Source of the DNA: Planctomycetota bacterium
Lineage (GTDB): Bacteria; Planctomycetota; UBA8108; SXIK01
Length of the DNA: 64,000 nt
NCBI GenBank assembly: GCA_965223265.1
Contig: OZ244999.1
Span: 832,001-896,000 of the forward strand
Direction: 5' to 3'
Made by a program: the position numbers and the translations under genes. The notes beneath the pieces were generated by a model. It was given only the letters and a program-made list of their open reading frames with translations, searched no databases and was not told where the DNA came from. This document shows, in pieces, positions 40,338 through 53,032 of this stretch (the first letter of the stretch is position 1; each line of letters opens with the position of its first letter).

Positions 40338-40864
40338 AGTCGGTTTCTATCGCATGGGGGCAAAATGGTTACGCCGACGACAGGGCGAGAGTCCTGCGTC
40401 CCTCGAGAAATCTATTCACGAGCCGCTGCCGGGCGCGGAAACGATCACCTTCTTGGGCGACGCACCGAAGCGATCGTAGAGCCACAGCGAAGGGCCGCTG
40501 CGTCACGGACCGAGTCGGAGTCGCCCCTCTGGAAGACCGCAGCCGAGCTTGCGACAGGGGGTCGTGGGTGGATGAACGGGTTTGGATTTGTTTGTCAGGG
40601 CGCCAGCGGGGTGACAAGTTCACTTTCCCCTTGGCACTAAGCTATCGACAAAACATGGCCGCGGTCTGAGCCGATTTCGGAGTTCTGTCGTTTCTGTATC
40701 TATCTTTTGCTTAAGAACTTGCGATACTTAAACAAAGATTGGACGGCGGCACGGGCGGGACTGAAAACGGGACGCCGTCTAGATAACGCACCGAGGGCGT
40801 TCACATGCGGTGCAAGTGTCGCAATCTACGACGTTTTCGCTGCGCCGCCGCGGCGCGGAGCAGG

Positions 40865-43800
40865 TCAGCGGGCGCTGCGTCGACTCCACCAGCTCCGAGC
40901 AGCCCCGACAGCCTTCTTGATGGCTGCTTGTCGTTCTTCGGCGTTGTTGATCCCCAGTGCCGTGAGGCCGCCGAAATCATCGCCTGCCTCATTGCGGATC
41001 GAGCGAAAGATCGCTCCGATAACCTCGACGTTGCGATAGTCGATCGTCGGTAGCTCGATGAGGAACCGTTCGAGAATGCGTTCTTTGAGTAGCGGCTGGA
41101 TGGGTGTCTCGCTCAGGAGGTAAGACTCAAGCGCCCGGAACATGCCGTTGTGGGTGGGGCGACCACGGCTGCTTAGCTCAGGCAGCGCTTCGAGGATGGC
41201 GGTCGCGCCGCTCTCCTCGCCGATCTCCGCCAAGAATCGAGCCACGCGCAGACGGTCATCGCTCGAGCCGGTAGGGCGCTGCCCAAGCCAAGCACGGTAG
41301 AAACTCACCCCTGTGTCATTGCCGCGAAGGAAGAGCAAGTGGGCTAGCTCAGTCGAGGGTTGACGCTGAAAGAGCGCTGCGACTGCCTGAGTGTCGTCAG
41401 GCAAAAGGATCGTTCGCAGGAGGTGTGGTAATCGAGCGATCATGAGTGGATTCGCGCCGCCCTCGTGACGAAGTATGTGACGATGCGTGACCCAGGCCCA
41501 GAGTGCTTCGGCGTCAGACGGTGCTTCGTCGCCATCGAGATCTTCCGCTCGAGGCAACAGAAGAAGGAGCGTCTTGGTCTGGGAGCCGAAAGGCACTTGC
41601 AGGGTGAAGGCACCGAAAAAGTGAGGCGAAGTTTCTTCGATCTCGGCGCGTATTCTGCGGTCGAACACGCCTTTCAACTCGGCGACGCCAGTAAGGATTT
41701 GCGGCGATCGTGGGTGCAGGCGATACCGCGTCATTGGCACGCGAGCGTTTTCGTCGGCTGACTTCACTCGTGTTGAAGAGATCTGTGGAACCAGCCGGCG
41801 TCGAATTGGGTTTTTCCAACGATCGGAGCTGCTATGCTCTTCGCCGACGCGGAGGACGATCCTCCGGCCATCGAGGATCCTCGGGGAAACCGGTGCCGGA
41901 GTCGACCCTCGGGAGGCGGCCGGCAGGCGAAGATCGAACTCGTAGAGAACGAACACGTCTTCACCAGCGCTCTCTTGGTCGCCAGGGGCGTCGTTTGACG
42001 TGGTCGCGATCGTCTGTTGATCTTGAGCTCGATCGAGCCACTCCTCCCACTGTTTCCAGTCCACGCCTTCTGGGCCGAGACGTTTCGGGGTTTTGGGCAC
42101 ACGGGTTAAGAATCGTAGATGTGCAGTGAGTTGACTCAGGTAGCTGCGGCGCGTCTTTGACTCATGATCGTTCTCTGAGGAGGACTCGAACGAGCGTCCT
42201 AAGTCGATCAGCGTTCGCACCAAAGTCGGCAGTCCGTTCGAAGGGGCTCGCACGGCGAGCAGAATGCGAAACAGAGCGCCCGCGTTGGAAGGCGAATACG
42301 TTTGCCGTACAACTTCGTCCAGGAGCTTCAATTCCTCTATTGTCGCCGTTCGCGCGCGGAATGACGCTTCAAGTTTGCGGACGAGATCCTGATCGCGAGG
42401 TTCTCGCAATCGCGGCGGCAAGAGTTGCAGCAATGTCGCGCGTTCCTCGTCGCGCGCTCCGGGAAGACGCGCCGCGATGCGGCGCCACGCATCGAAGAAG
42501 ACGTCGATCGCGATGCGACTTCCGTTTACCCGATCGCCGGCGAGCGCTTGGAGCTCGTTTAACGCCCGATATGCGATCTGGCGATCGGCATCGTCGTTGC
42601 GATCGATCAACGCGGCGGCGCGGGCGAGTAGATACTCCGTTTCTTTGCTCCGCCAATCAAGTCGCACTAACACCTTACGTTCGAGAGCCGCTTCCAACGT
42701 CGCCCTCGCTGACTCTGGCGCGATTCCCGGTGCCGACAGACCATCGGCCAGGCTGGCCGTCAAAGAATGAATCTCCTGCGGCGGCGCAGTCGCGATGAGA
42801 CGGATGATTTCCAACAACGCACGGGCGTCTCCCGCACTCGCAAGAAACTCGAGGGCTCGCCGCCGTGCGTCGCTTGAGAGTTCGATCGACCCTGTTGTCC
42901 GCTGCGAGCTCGGAAGCGCCTCGTCACCCCAGAAGGCGTCTCGCAAGCGCTGTACATCGCGCGTCGCGAGTGCTTGGAGTAACTCGGATGCGTCCTTGAG
43001 ATCGTCGACGCCGCCGTCGAGCAGTTCTGTACCGACGTGGGTGACGACGTCGACAGCTGCGGTCCTCTCAAGTTCTCCGTCACTGCGCAGCTGAGCGCTG
43101 AGCCGATGACGAAGGTTTTCCGTTGCGTGAGAGGGGCCGCTCTGCTCGCTCAGCTGGGAGCGACGTGCGAGTCTGACACCGATGACGGTGACGTACGTCC
43201 TACGACGTCGTGCCAGAGAGATTCCCAGACCGTCGTAGCGGCACTCCTCGGATCGATTTAAGAGCGCCACGAAGTTCTGTCGGGCTTCCCACGGAATCGT
43301 CAGCGGCGGAAAGTCGCCGCGGCTTTCCCGGGTCACATCGAGGACGATTTCTGAGTGTGTTTCATGGAACGAAAAAGTAGCGGAGTAGCGAAGCTCCACA
43401 TGCGGAACCGCAGAGCCCGACACCGGTGACAGCCGAACCGTCAGGCGTTGAGATCGACTTGCCGGTGCGACGGCCACCGCAGACGCCACGATTTCCGGGC
43501 GGTCGTCGACCCGCACGCGGAAGATCGCGATTTCGCCCAGCAAAGGATCGACGGCGTCGAGCAGTCTTCGGGCACGATAAGCCTGCTCTATATTCGGTGC
43601 TTCGAGAAGAGGCTCGAGAAACGGCCCGACCATCTGCCCCCACGACTGAAGCTGCTGCATGGCGCGCTCGCGTTCCTGCCAGCGCACGCTGCCGAGCTGT
43701 TTGACGAGGTCAGACACTTCGTCATCGGTCGGCCCCGGGGCCGGATTCCTCGGCGGCGCGGTCGTTTCTTTGCCGTCGGCATGCGGATGCGCCAGAACGG

Positions 43801-43891
43801 TACACAGGAGCACGCCGAGCGATAGAAGCCGTAGGCTCGCACACGATCGTCTCATTCTCGAAGAATACCGGATTCTGAGAGAGTGTGCCAA
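40865..43891 (-). CDS. Large secreted hypothetical protein with HEAT-like repeats
   Basis: 1008-aa ORF with a signal peptide; LVKQLGSVRWQERERAMQQL HEAT-like motif; ends ARSWW. Confidence 0.7.
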   Translation of the reverse strand: MAHSLRIRYSSRMRRSCASLRLLSLGVLLCTVLAHPHADGKETTAPPRNPAPGPTDDEVSDLVKQLGSVRWQERERAMQQLQSWGQMVGPFLEPLLEAPNIEQAYRARRLLDAVDPLLGEIAIFRVRVDDRPEIVASAVAVAPASRSQRLTVRLSPVSGSAVPHVELRYSATFSFHETHSEIVLDVTRESRGDFPPLTIPWEARQNFVALLNRSEECRYDGLGISLARRRRTYVTVIGVRLARRSQLSEQSGPSHATENLRHRLSAQLRSDGELERTAAVDVVTHVGTELLDGGVDDLKDASELLQALATRDVQRLRDAFWGDEALPSSQRTTGSIELSSDARRRALEFLASAGDARALLEIIRLIATAPPQEIHSLTASLADGLSAPGIAPESARATLEAALERKVLVRLDWRSKETEYLLARAAALIDRNDDADRQIAYRALNELQALAGDRVNGSRIAIDVFFDAWRRIAARLPGARDEERATLLQLLPPRLREPRDQDLVRKLEASFRARTATIEELKLLDEVVRQTYSPSNAGALFRILLAVRAPSNGLPTLVRTLIDLGRSFESSSENDHESKTRRSYLSQLTAHLRFLTRVPKTPKRLGPEGVDWKQWEEWLDRAQDQQTIATTSNDAPGDQESAGEDVFVLYEFDLRLPAASRGSTPAPVSPRILDGRRIVLRVGEEHSSSDRWKNPIRRRLVPQISSTRVKSADENARVPMTRYRLHPRSPQILTGVAELKGVFDRRIRAEIEETSPHFFGAFTLQVPFGSQTKTLLLLLPRAEDLDGDEAPSDAEALWAWVTHRHILRHEGGANPLMIARLPHLLRTILLPDDTQAVAALFQRQPSTELAHLLFLRGNDTGVSFYRAWLGQRPTGSSDDRLRVARFLAEIGEESGATAILEALPELSSRGRPTHNGMFRALESYLLSETPIQPLLKERILERFLIELPTIDYRNVEVIGAIFRSIRNEAGDDFGGLTALGINNAEERQAAIKKAVGAARSWWSRRSAR

Positions 43892-44032
43892 GCTCTCCCG
43901 GCGCGGCCAACGATCTACCTTCTGGAATCGTTCCGCTCGTCCGGGTGAGGTCGCCCACGATCGACGTGTGACGTTCGACGCTGATATATTCTCGCGCCGG
44001 TGATTCCCCGTGACTCTTGACGAGACTGACGT

Positions 44033-44863
44033 TCATTCGGAGCGCAGATTGCTCCTGTCCTCCAGCCATCGCCAGCAGAATCGTACCCGGACGCCCGGGA
44101 CGAAGTCGATCACGCGCACGACGAGGACGCGCCCAGGTTCAACGCGCGTCGGGTGCGCCATGCGGAGAGCGTAGGTATGGCCAACTTGGATCTTTGTCAC
44201 CAGCTGCGTTCCATCGGGGCGCGAGAAGAAGGACCGCTCGTCGATGCGCGCGAAGTCGTTGAACTCGTCGTCGTAGGGAAACACCCGCTGTTCGAACCTG
44301 CGCCGATTCAGTCGTAGGCCGTAGAACATCGAGAATTCGTCGTCGGGGGTTTTCTCGCGTCCGAGATCGACAATACGTCCACTGCGATGGTAATCCTGCA
44401 CGAGCGCGAGGCGTTCGCCGTCGAAGTGGATATCGCCGACGTAGTCTCGAAGTTCAGCGTCGATTTGGAAGCTATGACCGAAATCCCGTCGGTCGAAGTC
44501 GTAGAGGTTCAGGGTGTGGTCAAGAGCATAGAGCTCTGCTACCCATTTTTCTGGACCGTGCTTGACGGTCTCATCCTCCTCGATGCCGTGAGCGCCGCCA
44601 ACGAAGAGCGCTATCGCAACCGCAGACGCGAACGCGACGAATAGCACCGATATTGCGGAAATTCGGTCCCGCTGGTGAGTCTCAACTGCGGCGACGTGCA
44701 CTTCGCTCAACGACGCTCCGCGCGATCCATTACCGACGTGGCCTATGTCGCCATTGCCTGACACCTTTCTCAGAACTCGAGGTCTCGACTTCGAGAGACG
44801 CAGCAACATGATTCCTCCACGAGTTTCATGCGGTGATTGACCGCAAGCGCTTCTCCAGACCAT
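44033..44863 (-). CDS. Hypothetical membrane-anchored protein
   Basis: One TM segment followed by a beta-rich domain. True start may be the internal ATG (MLLRLSK) after GGAGG. Confidence 0.6.
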   Translation of the reverse strand: MVWRSACGQSPHETRGGIMLLRLSKSRPRVLRKVSGNGDIGHVGNGSRGASLSEVHVAAVETHQRDRISAISVLFVAFASAVAIALFVGGAHGIEEDETVKHGPEKWVAELYALDHTLNLYDFDRRDFGHSFQIDAELRDYVGDIHFDGERLALVQDYHRSGRIVDLGREKTPDDEFSMFYGLRLNRRRFEQRVFPYDDEFNDFARIDERSFFSRPDGTQLVTKIQVGHTYALRMAHPTRVEPGRVLVVRVIDFVPGVRVRFCWRWLEDRSNLRSE

Positions 44864-45370
44864 TTACGTCCACAAGCATCCGGCTGATTCCATTCGGGAT
44901 GCGAGACCCACGGCGCAAATCTGCGACGCTTCTTGGTCTTGGGACGTTGGTCCAGACGTTCCTATTCACTTTGTGTCGCTCGCGGCCTCGAGAGTCCGAG
45001 AATCCTTCGGTCGGCGTGGTTCGTGTCGACGGAGAACCTTCGACCTCAACCGAGACATTATCACGAGTTTTCCACGGAGAGCGCAGCTCCCCCAGCCGGA
45101 TGTTCGATCAAGGAGTGTGTCCAAGAAGTCGATACACCGTTTGGCAGCGTGTCGAATCAAGCTGTCAGCTACCTGACAGAAAGTGTGGTTGGAGTTCGAA
45201 GCGCTCTTGCTTCGTGGACGTACTTCTGAAGTGCGCGACCTTGGCGTGTGCGAGCGACTCTCACGTTTGAGCTGTCTGGTTGTCGAGCCTGTGATGCAAC
45301 TGGGCGGCGTAGCTTTCAGTCGACGACTCTGTCCGATTGACGCCGCCGAACTCGCTTCGTATGAGTTGAT

Positions 45371-47023
45371 ATGGAAGAGACGAAAGAGTTGGAATTCGAG
45401 ATCCTGCACGACGGCCCCAGCCACCGTCGCGTCGAGGGCTCGTGGCTGACCAAGCTAGATGTCGTTGCGGAGAAGCTACTGCATCTGAGGTCCGACTCGG
45501 GTGCTGTTGCCCAGGCCATCCTCGAGACGGCACTTGAATTGGTCGACTACGACCGCGGGGTGATTCTCTCTGTTGCGCGCGCCGATGCAGACACTTTGAC
45601 ACCTGACTCTCTGCAAATTTTCTCGTCGAGAGCTCGTAGCCAGGACGATTCGACCGTTTCGTGGGGCGACGTTCGCAACCCAGAATTCGTCGTCAATCGT
45701 TCGGTGGTCAGCCGCGCTCTCGTCGCAGACAAGCCAGTGATGGTCAAGAGCGCTCTGCAGCATCCGGAGCCCGACTCGGAATCTCAGCTGCGCGACGTGC
45801 TCTGCGCGCCGTTCGAGCTCACTGCTGACGCACGGGTTGTTCTCTATCTCGATCGCACTGCGGATCTCACCCGTCCTGAGACCAACGTCGACGCTTTCAA
45901 GACATGCGGTGGCCGTCTGCTGCCACTTCTTTCTCGCGCTTTCCTCCTTCAACAACTCTCGGAGTCTGACGACTCGCGCTCGGCAGACGAGCCTGCACCG
46001 CTCGCTGGTGGTGAAGAGACGCCATCGTTTCACGGCATCATTGGTGCCGACGAGGCGTTGCAGAAGTTGTATCGCGTGATTGACAAGGTCAAGGACAACG
46101 ACCTAAACATCTGCATCATCGGTGAGAGTGGAACCGGTAAGGAACTGTTGGCGCGCGCAGTGCATGAAGCCGGGTCGCGGCGCGCGAACCGCTTTGTCGC
46201 CGAGAACTGCGGCGCGATCTCCGAGACACTGCTGGAAAGCGAGCTTTTTGGGCACGTCAAGGGCGCGTTCACAGGTGCCGAAGAGGATCGAGAAGGACTC
46301 TTCGAAGTCGCGGACGGCGGAACGCTGTTCCTGGACGAGATTAGCGACACGTCGGAGAGTATGCAGCGCAAGCTACTCCGAGTGCTGCAGGAAGGCGTGA
46401 TTCGTCGCATCGGTAGCAAAGATATCATCAAGGTCGACGTCCGCGTCATCTGTGCATCGAACCGCGATCTTAAGGGACTCGTCGACAAAGGAAACTTTCG
46501 CGCGGATCTCTACTATCGACTCAATGTGATCACCCTGGAAATGCCTCCTCTGAGAAAACGTCAAGGAGACATTCCGCTTCTCGTCGAACACTTTGTGCGC
46601 CAGGTTTGCAGCGAGGAAAAGTTCTCGAAACGATTCAGCGACAGCGCCATGAAGGCTCTGGTCGAGTACGGTTGGCCGGGCAATATCCGAGAACTTCGCA
46701 ACGTCGTCCGTCGCGTGCTCTTGACCTCCCCGAGGCGCGTGGTCGCGCGGAAGGACGTGGCAGAGTTTCTCAAGTCGGGCGGTCCCGTCGCGCACTCCGG
46801 GGAGCATATCCGTCGTGAGGACGACCAAATGACGATTCGCATTCCGGCGCGGGACTCGTTCAACGAGATCATCGACGAGTGTGAGAGGGTCGTGCTCGAG
46901 CATGCGCTGAACGAATGCTCCTGGAACAAGTCCCGCGTCACAAAGGTTCTCAAGATTCCGCGCCAGAGTCTCTACAACAAGATCGCCAAATTCGACTTGC
47001 AGCGCACTTGGGATGAGAGCTGA
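45371..47023 (+). CDS. Sigma-54-dependent transcriptional activator (GAF + AAA+ + Fis HTH)
   Basis: GESGTGKE, ESELFGHVKGAFTGA, LFLDEI, FRADLYYRL, WPGNIREL, C-terminal HTH. Confidence 0.95.
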   Translation: MEETKELEFEILHDGPSHRRVEGSWLTKLDVVAEKLLHLRSDSGAVAQAILETALELVDYDRGVILSVARADADTLTPDSLQIFSSRARSQDDSTVSWGDVRNPEFVVNRSVVSRALVADKPVMVKSALQHPEPDSESQLRDVLCAPFELTADARVVLYLDRTADLTRPETNVDAFKTCGGRLLPLLSRAFLLQQLSESDDSRSADEPAPLAGGEETPSFHGIIGADEALQKLYRVIDKVKDNDLNICIIGESGTGKELLARAVHEAGSRRANRFVAENCGAISETLLESELFGHVKGAFTGAEEDREGLFEVADGGTLFLDEISDTSESMQRKLLRVLQEGVIRRIGSKDIIKVDVRVICASNRDLKGLVDKGNFRADLYYRLNVITLEMPPLRKRQGDIPLLVEHFVRQVCSEEKFSKRFSDSAMKALVEYGWPGNIRELRNVVRRVLLTSPRRVVARKDVAEFLKSGGPVAHSGEHIRREDDQMTIRIPARDSFNEIIDECERVVLEHALNECSWNKSRVTKVLKIPRQSLYNKIAKFDLQRTWDES

Positions 47024-47300
47024 GCCGTCAATGGCGTGCGGCGGGAATTGAGCGCAGCTCTCCGCGGTGTCCGAACTCAGTGCGGCACTTGCCGCGGCCG
47101 AGGCGCTGAGCGCCGGCCCCCGCCATAGCTGCCGTCGAGCGCGCCCGGTCGTCTCCATGGCGTAGTGCCGCAGGCGTTCTGTCAAATTGACAGCCCCCGG
47201 CGTGCGCGACGCTGCTGCGTGTCAGTTTGGCAGGAGGTAGGATTGGGCGGATTCACGGTAAATCCCGCGTACTTCTCCACCTCCCGCGCCGGATAGGTAA

Positions 47301-47317
47301 TTGGCACACGCTTTGCT
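47301..47317 (+). promoter_or_regulatory. Sigma-54 (-24/-12) promoter
   Basis: TTGGCACACGCTTTGCT matches TGGCAC-N5-TTGC exactly; intergenic, just downstream of a bEBP gene. Confidence 0.75.
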
Positions 47318-47546
47318 CGAAGTGTCGCGTCGCCCACCAGGGGGATGCTCTTGCCGGGGAGAAGGCGACCGCGCTCGACACGGGTGCGGCCGATCCCAGC
47401 GCGACTCCCCCCGAGGCGGCGGTGACGGTTCCAGCTCGAGGATCGGGCCTTCTCGAGGCGTCTCTGACGTCATAAAGGATCTCTCTCGGAGACTCCCGTG
47501 GCTGCTGCAGCCTCGGGGTACCACGTAGCTACTCTTGCGGACGACC

Positions 47547-47963
47547 ATGCTCGACCCGATCAACGCCGGCACGGCGCTGCGGATTCTTCTCGTCGACGAC
47601 GACCACGGCAGCCTCGAAAGCCTCCAGAGCTTTCTGACGGTGGAAGGTCACGTGACGTTCGCGGCGGCGGGGGGAGCGGAGGCGCTCGATATCGTTCGCG
47701 AGCTGAAGCGGACGGAGCGCCGCTTGGATCTATCAATTCTTGACTACAACATGCCTGACGAAACTGGCGTCGATCTCTTCCGCAAACTGAGTTGCGAGCT
47801 GCCGGGGCTTGAAGCGATCTTCGTGACCGGTCAGATGGGGGTCGCCTTGGAGCGGACGGTTCACGCCGTTGGCGCCAGAGCACTGGTCCCCAAGCCGGTG
47901 GATGTCGGGCGCATGCGGAATGTGCTGCACGAGTTCGGGCGCGAACGGAGGAGGAGAATCTAG
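47547..47963 (+). CDS. Single-domain response regulator (CheY-like receiver)
   Basis: ILLVDDD, LDYNMP, FVTG, PKP. Confidence 0.92.
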   Translation: MLDPINAGTALRILLVDDDHGSLESLQSFLTVEGHVTFAAAGGAEALDIVRELKRTERRLDLSILDYNMPDETGVDLFRKLSCELPGLEAIFVTGQMGVALERTVHAVGARALVPKPVDVGRMRNVLHEFGRERRRRI

Positions 47964-48094
47964 GGAGAACGATTCAGCTGGGGCGCGGTTGTGCGGCGCC
48001 CGAGAAAAAAGGGTTGCGATCAAGTTGGTAATGAGTAGCCTCGAGCAATTCTTGTGGCTGAGGCGTCCAAAATTTCATAGGAGTCGAACGAATC

Positions 48095-50088
<1,994 letters not shown>

Positions 50089-50130
50089 TAACGCCCCTGC
50101 TCCGAATTGTGCGCAGACGAGTTATCCTTC

Positions 50131-50170
50131 AACGGGCAGTCCATCAGACTCGATGGACTGCCCGTTTTTT
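50131..50170 (+). terminator. Rho-independent terminator of groESL
   Basis: AACGGGCAGTCCATC-AGACTC-GATGGACTGCCCGTT followed by a T run. Confidence 0.9.
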
Positions 50171-50254
50171 GTACCCGCATGCCGCTGGGTGGGCTGCAAA
50201 ACAGTCGCGAAAGAGCGGAGGGCGACCGGCTCCATGAGGCCAGAAGTGTGAGAA

Positions 50255-50782
50255 ATGCGGGTTAAGGCACGCATAAGCAGTGGTGCTCGCTGGCCGACCT
50301 CGAGGTTTGGGCGGCTTGGCGCCCTGTTCGTCTCCGTACTATGTTGCGCCTTGACGTGGGGCTGCTCGCAGCCTTCACTTCGTACCGAGTACTCGAGCCT
50401 GCAGCAGGTTTGGCAAACAACCGCGGGGCCGTTTCGCCTGAGTCTCCTCGTCAGCATGGAAGTCATCGCCCGCCAATCGGCGGAACCGAAGCTGGCTGCC
50501 GCGCCGAAGACCGTGCTCTTTCGCTTTCGCAACCAGGACGTCGAGACGGCGCACTTCTACTTCGGGCGTCGATTCGTCGTCTGTCGGCGACGTTTGTTTA
50601 CAGAGGACGCCGTCGTCATGGGAGCTGATGACTTTGCAGAACTGATCGCCGCGGAGCGCTTCGAGGTCTATCTGGAAGGCGGTCGACGGTTCCAACCGTC
50701 GCCATCAGGGCAATCCCTCCTGCGCCGCTTCGCCGCGCGCGTCGGGCTTGTGTCAACCGACGAAAGATCTGCAACTCCGTAG
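50255..50782 (+). CDS. Hypothetical protein, possible lipoprotein
   Basis: Hydrophobic segment ending LTWG-C; fills the intergenic gap. Confidence 0.55.
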   Translation: MRVKARISSGARWPTSRFGRLGALFVSVLCCALTWGCSQPSLRTEYSSLQQVWQTTAGPFRLSLLVSMEVIARQSAEPKLAAAPKTVLFRFRNQDVETAHFYFGRRFVVCRRRLFTEDAVVMGADDFAELIAAERFEVYLEGGRRFQPSPSGQSLLRRFAARVGLVSTDERSATP

Positions 50783-50840
50783 CGCGCGTTGTCGCAAGGG
50801 CGACCTGAAACGAGTCGGGCAGAAGCGAGTCGGGCCGTGA

Positions 50841-52982
50841 TCAAGACTCGACTCCATCGTCGGGGTCTGAACCGGAGAAACGAGGAAACTCGTCGTAGCG
50901 AGGCGTGCGAGATCGGCCTTCTTTCCAGCGGTAGAATTTGGGCGGATGGATGTCACGTCCATTCAAGTAGCACCCGTCCAGTTCCGGTGGCCACAGCTGC
51001 GCTTGACTGTAGAAGTAAAGCGGGATTGCGGGCATGTCGAAGAGAAGAATCTCCTCGGCAAGACGTAAGAGGGTGTTTCGAACGCGGTATGACTCCTGAA
51101 GCTTCGCATCAGGCGCTGCTGCGTCATACGCCGCGATCGCAGTTCGAAGGAGCTCTTCGGGAGCAGGAAGGCCCTGCCCCCGACGTTTTGCCGCTAGCGC
51201 GACGTCGAGCTGAGTTGATTTGACATCGGCGAGGAGTTGTTGCCGTTTGGCGGGATCCGACAGGTACGAGTCGATGCGCGAGGCGTAGGAGTTGACGAGT
51301 CGGTCATAGAACGGGTTCGCATAGCGCGAATCATTGTTCGGATTGCCACTCGTGAACAAGTCCAAGAACGTCGTCGAATCTGGATAGTCACCGATCCAGC
51401 CCGAACGCGCGATATCGAATCGGTTGCCTCGCTTCGTCTCGAGGTAGACGCCCCACTCCTGATTTGTGAGTTCGCAATCGATGCTCAAGTGGCGTCTCCA
51501 ATCGGCCTGGATGAACGCCGCGACGCTCGCGTGGGTCTCGCTCGTGTTGTAGAGGATTTTGAGCTGCGGGATGTCGCCGATTTCCTCCCGTACCTCGCTG
51601 ACCAACTGTTTCGCTCGGGCGACGTTGTGCTGCAGTCGAGTCTCTTCGTCATCCGCTTCGCCGTGGGCGCCAAACAGCGGTCGCGTTGGATAGGACGGAA
51701 CGCCTGGCGGAACGAGGCCGTAGGCCGGAACGTGGTAACCTCGAGTGACGACATCGGCGATCGCTTCGCGGTCGACGCAGAGCGCCAGCGCACGCCGTAG
51801 TTTCCGTCCCGCGTTGCCAGAGAACGCCGGGTGATTCATGTTGAGGTTGTAGTAGTAAATCGCAAAGCGCGGGCCGTGGTTGACGTGCGTGGCGCTCGCG
51901 CTTCCCTTGTGGTCAAGGAGGTCACCTTTAACCGAAGCAGGAAGTTCAGGTGTCCGGTCGATGTCGCCGTTGAGGTACAGGTTGAGAGACGTGGTGTACT
52001 CTTCAACCGCGAGAGCCTCGAGAACGTCGAGTCCACGAGCCTCGAAACTGCCCAACTGCCTCAGCAGTTCTGCGTCACGTTTTAGCGCTGGATCCGGATT
52101 GGCAAGCGACTCGAACTCCGCGAGCCGCTGCCGCGCATAGACTTCGGTCTCCCAGTAGTGGGGATTCTTCCGCAAACGGATAAAGGAGTTGAAGCGCCAC
52201 TGCTCTAGATAGTAAGGCCCATTGGTGACGATGTTCTCCGGTAGCACCCAGCTATGGCCGTGTACGACGACGACATCGCGCGGCACTGGTAGATATGACG
52301 TGAAGCTCGTGAGGATGGTGAAGTAGGGGATGTTACTGTGCAGTCGGACCCTAAGAGTTGAGTCATCGATCGCCTCGACGCCGACTTTTTCTCTCCACAA
52401 TCCTTGCCGGCGCGAGATGAGGGCCTTGTAGTCTTCCGGTAGGAGGTCCGTCGGCTGAGCGACGATGATGTCGGGGTGCTCGGTGGCATAGTTCGCGATC
52501 AGCGACTTCCACTCGTCGGCAACGATTTGTTCGTACTCGCTGTAGCCGTCGATCGCATGAAACAAGAATGCGTACTCCGAGCCCATCTCTGGATGCGCAT
52601 GCGCGCTCCACGTCCAAACGAAGTCGTGAGCGGTCACGCGCAGCGGCTTCCCGTTCGCAGTTGCGACCTCTCCGGCTTTGATCCAGTAGGCGTCGTCTCG
52701 TAGATGAAAAGTGTAGGTCAGGCCGTCGACGTCCCATCTGCGTGCGACCGCTGGTACGGCTTCCAGCGACCTCGGATGGTACTGAGTCAGGCCCTCGAAA
52801 AGCGCGACTGCCAGTTCCGACTCCGGATGCCCGCTCATGCGGATGGGGTCGAGCGTCTGCGGCTCCGTGAGGTTGTTCCAAACGAAGTCTGCACGCGGTC
52901 GTGCGTCGCCTGTGAATGTCAGAAAGAAAACCGCGAGACACCCGAGGCATCCGGCCAGCACGATATATAAGTTGCGGTACAC
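50841..52982 (-). CDS. oppA: Peptide ABC transporter substrate-binding protein (OppA family)
   Basis: EPQTLDP, LFEGL, TAHDFV, NGPY, KNPHYW, GWIGDYPD, PAIPLYF. Confidence 0.9.
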   Translation of the reverse strand: MYRNLYIVLAGCLGCLAVFFLTFTGDARPRADFVWNNLTEPQTLDPIRMSGHPESELAVALFEGLTQYHPRSLEAVPAVARRWDVDGLTYTFHLRDDAYWIKAGEVATANGKPLRVTAHDFVWTWSAHAHPEMGSEYAFLFHAIDGYSEYEQIVADEWKSLIANYATEHPDIIVAQPTDLLPEDYKALISRRQGLWREKVGVEAIDDSTLRVRLHSNIPYFTILTSFTSYLPVPRDVVVVHGHSWVLPENIVTNGPYYLEQWRFNSFIRLRKNPHYWETEVYARQRLAEFESLANPDPALKRDAELLRQLGSFEARGLDVLEALAVEEYTTSLNLYLNGDIDRTPELPASVKGDLLDHKGSASATHVNHGPRFAIYYYNLNMNHPAFSGNAGRKLRRALALCVDREAIADVVTRGYHVPAYGLVPPGVPSYPTRPLFGAHGEADDEETRLQHNVARAKQLVSEVREEIGDIPQLKILYNTSETHASVAAFIQADWRRHLSIDCELTNQEWGVYLETKRGNRFDIARSGWIGDYPDSTTFLDLFTSGNPNNDSRYANPFYDRLVNSYASRIDSYLSDPAKRQQLLADVKSTQLDVALAAKRRGQGLPAPEELLRTAIAAYDAAAPDAKLQESYRVRNTLLRLAEEILLFDMPAIPLYFYSQAQLWPPELDGCYLNGRDIHPPKFYRWKEGRSRTPRYDEFPRFSGSDPDDGVES

Positions 52983-53032
52983 GGAAAGGGCCTCCGTCCG
53001 AAGTTTGAGCTGACGTCGTGTGAGATGAGCCT

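Noticed and set aside
40631-40648. TTGGCACTAAGCTATCG as a sigma-54 promoter
   Set aside because: It has the -24 element but no GC at the -12 position, and it points away from the nearest gene start.
47343-47356. 14-nt match GGATGCTCTTGCCG shared with 27422-27435
   Set aside because: A single short match is compatible with chance in 64 kb and does not extend.
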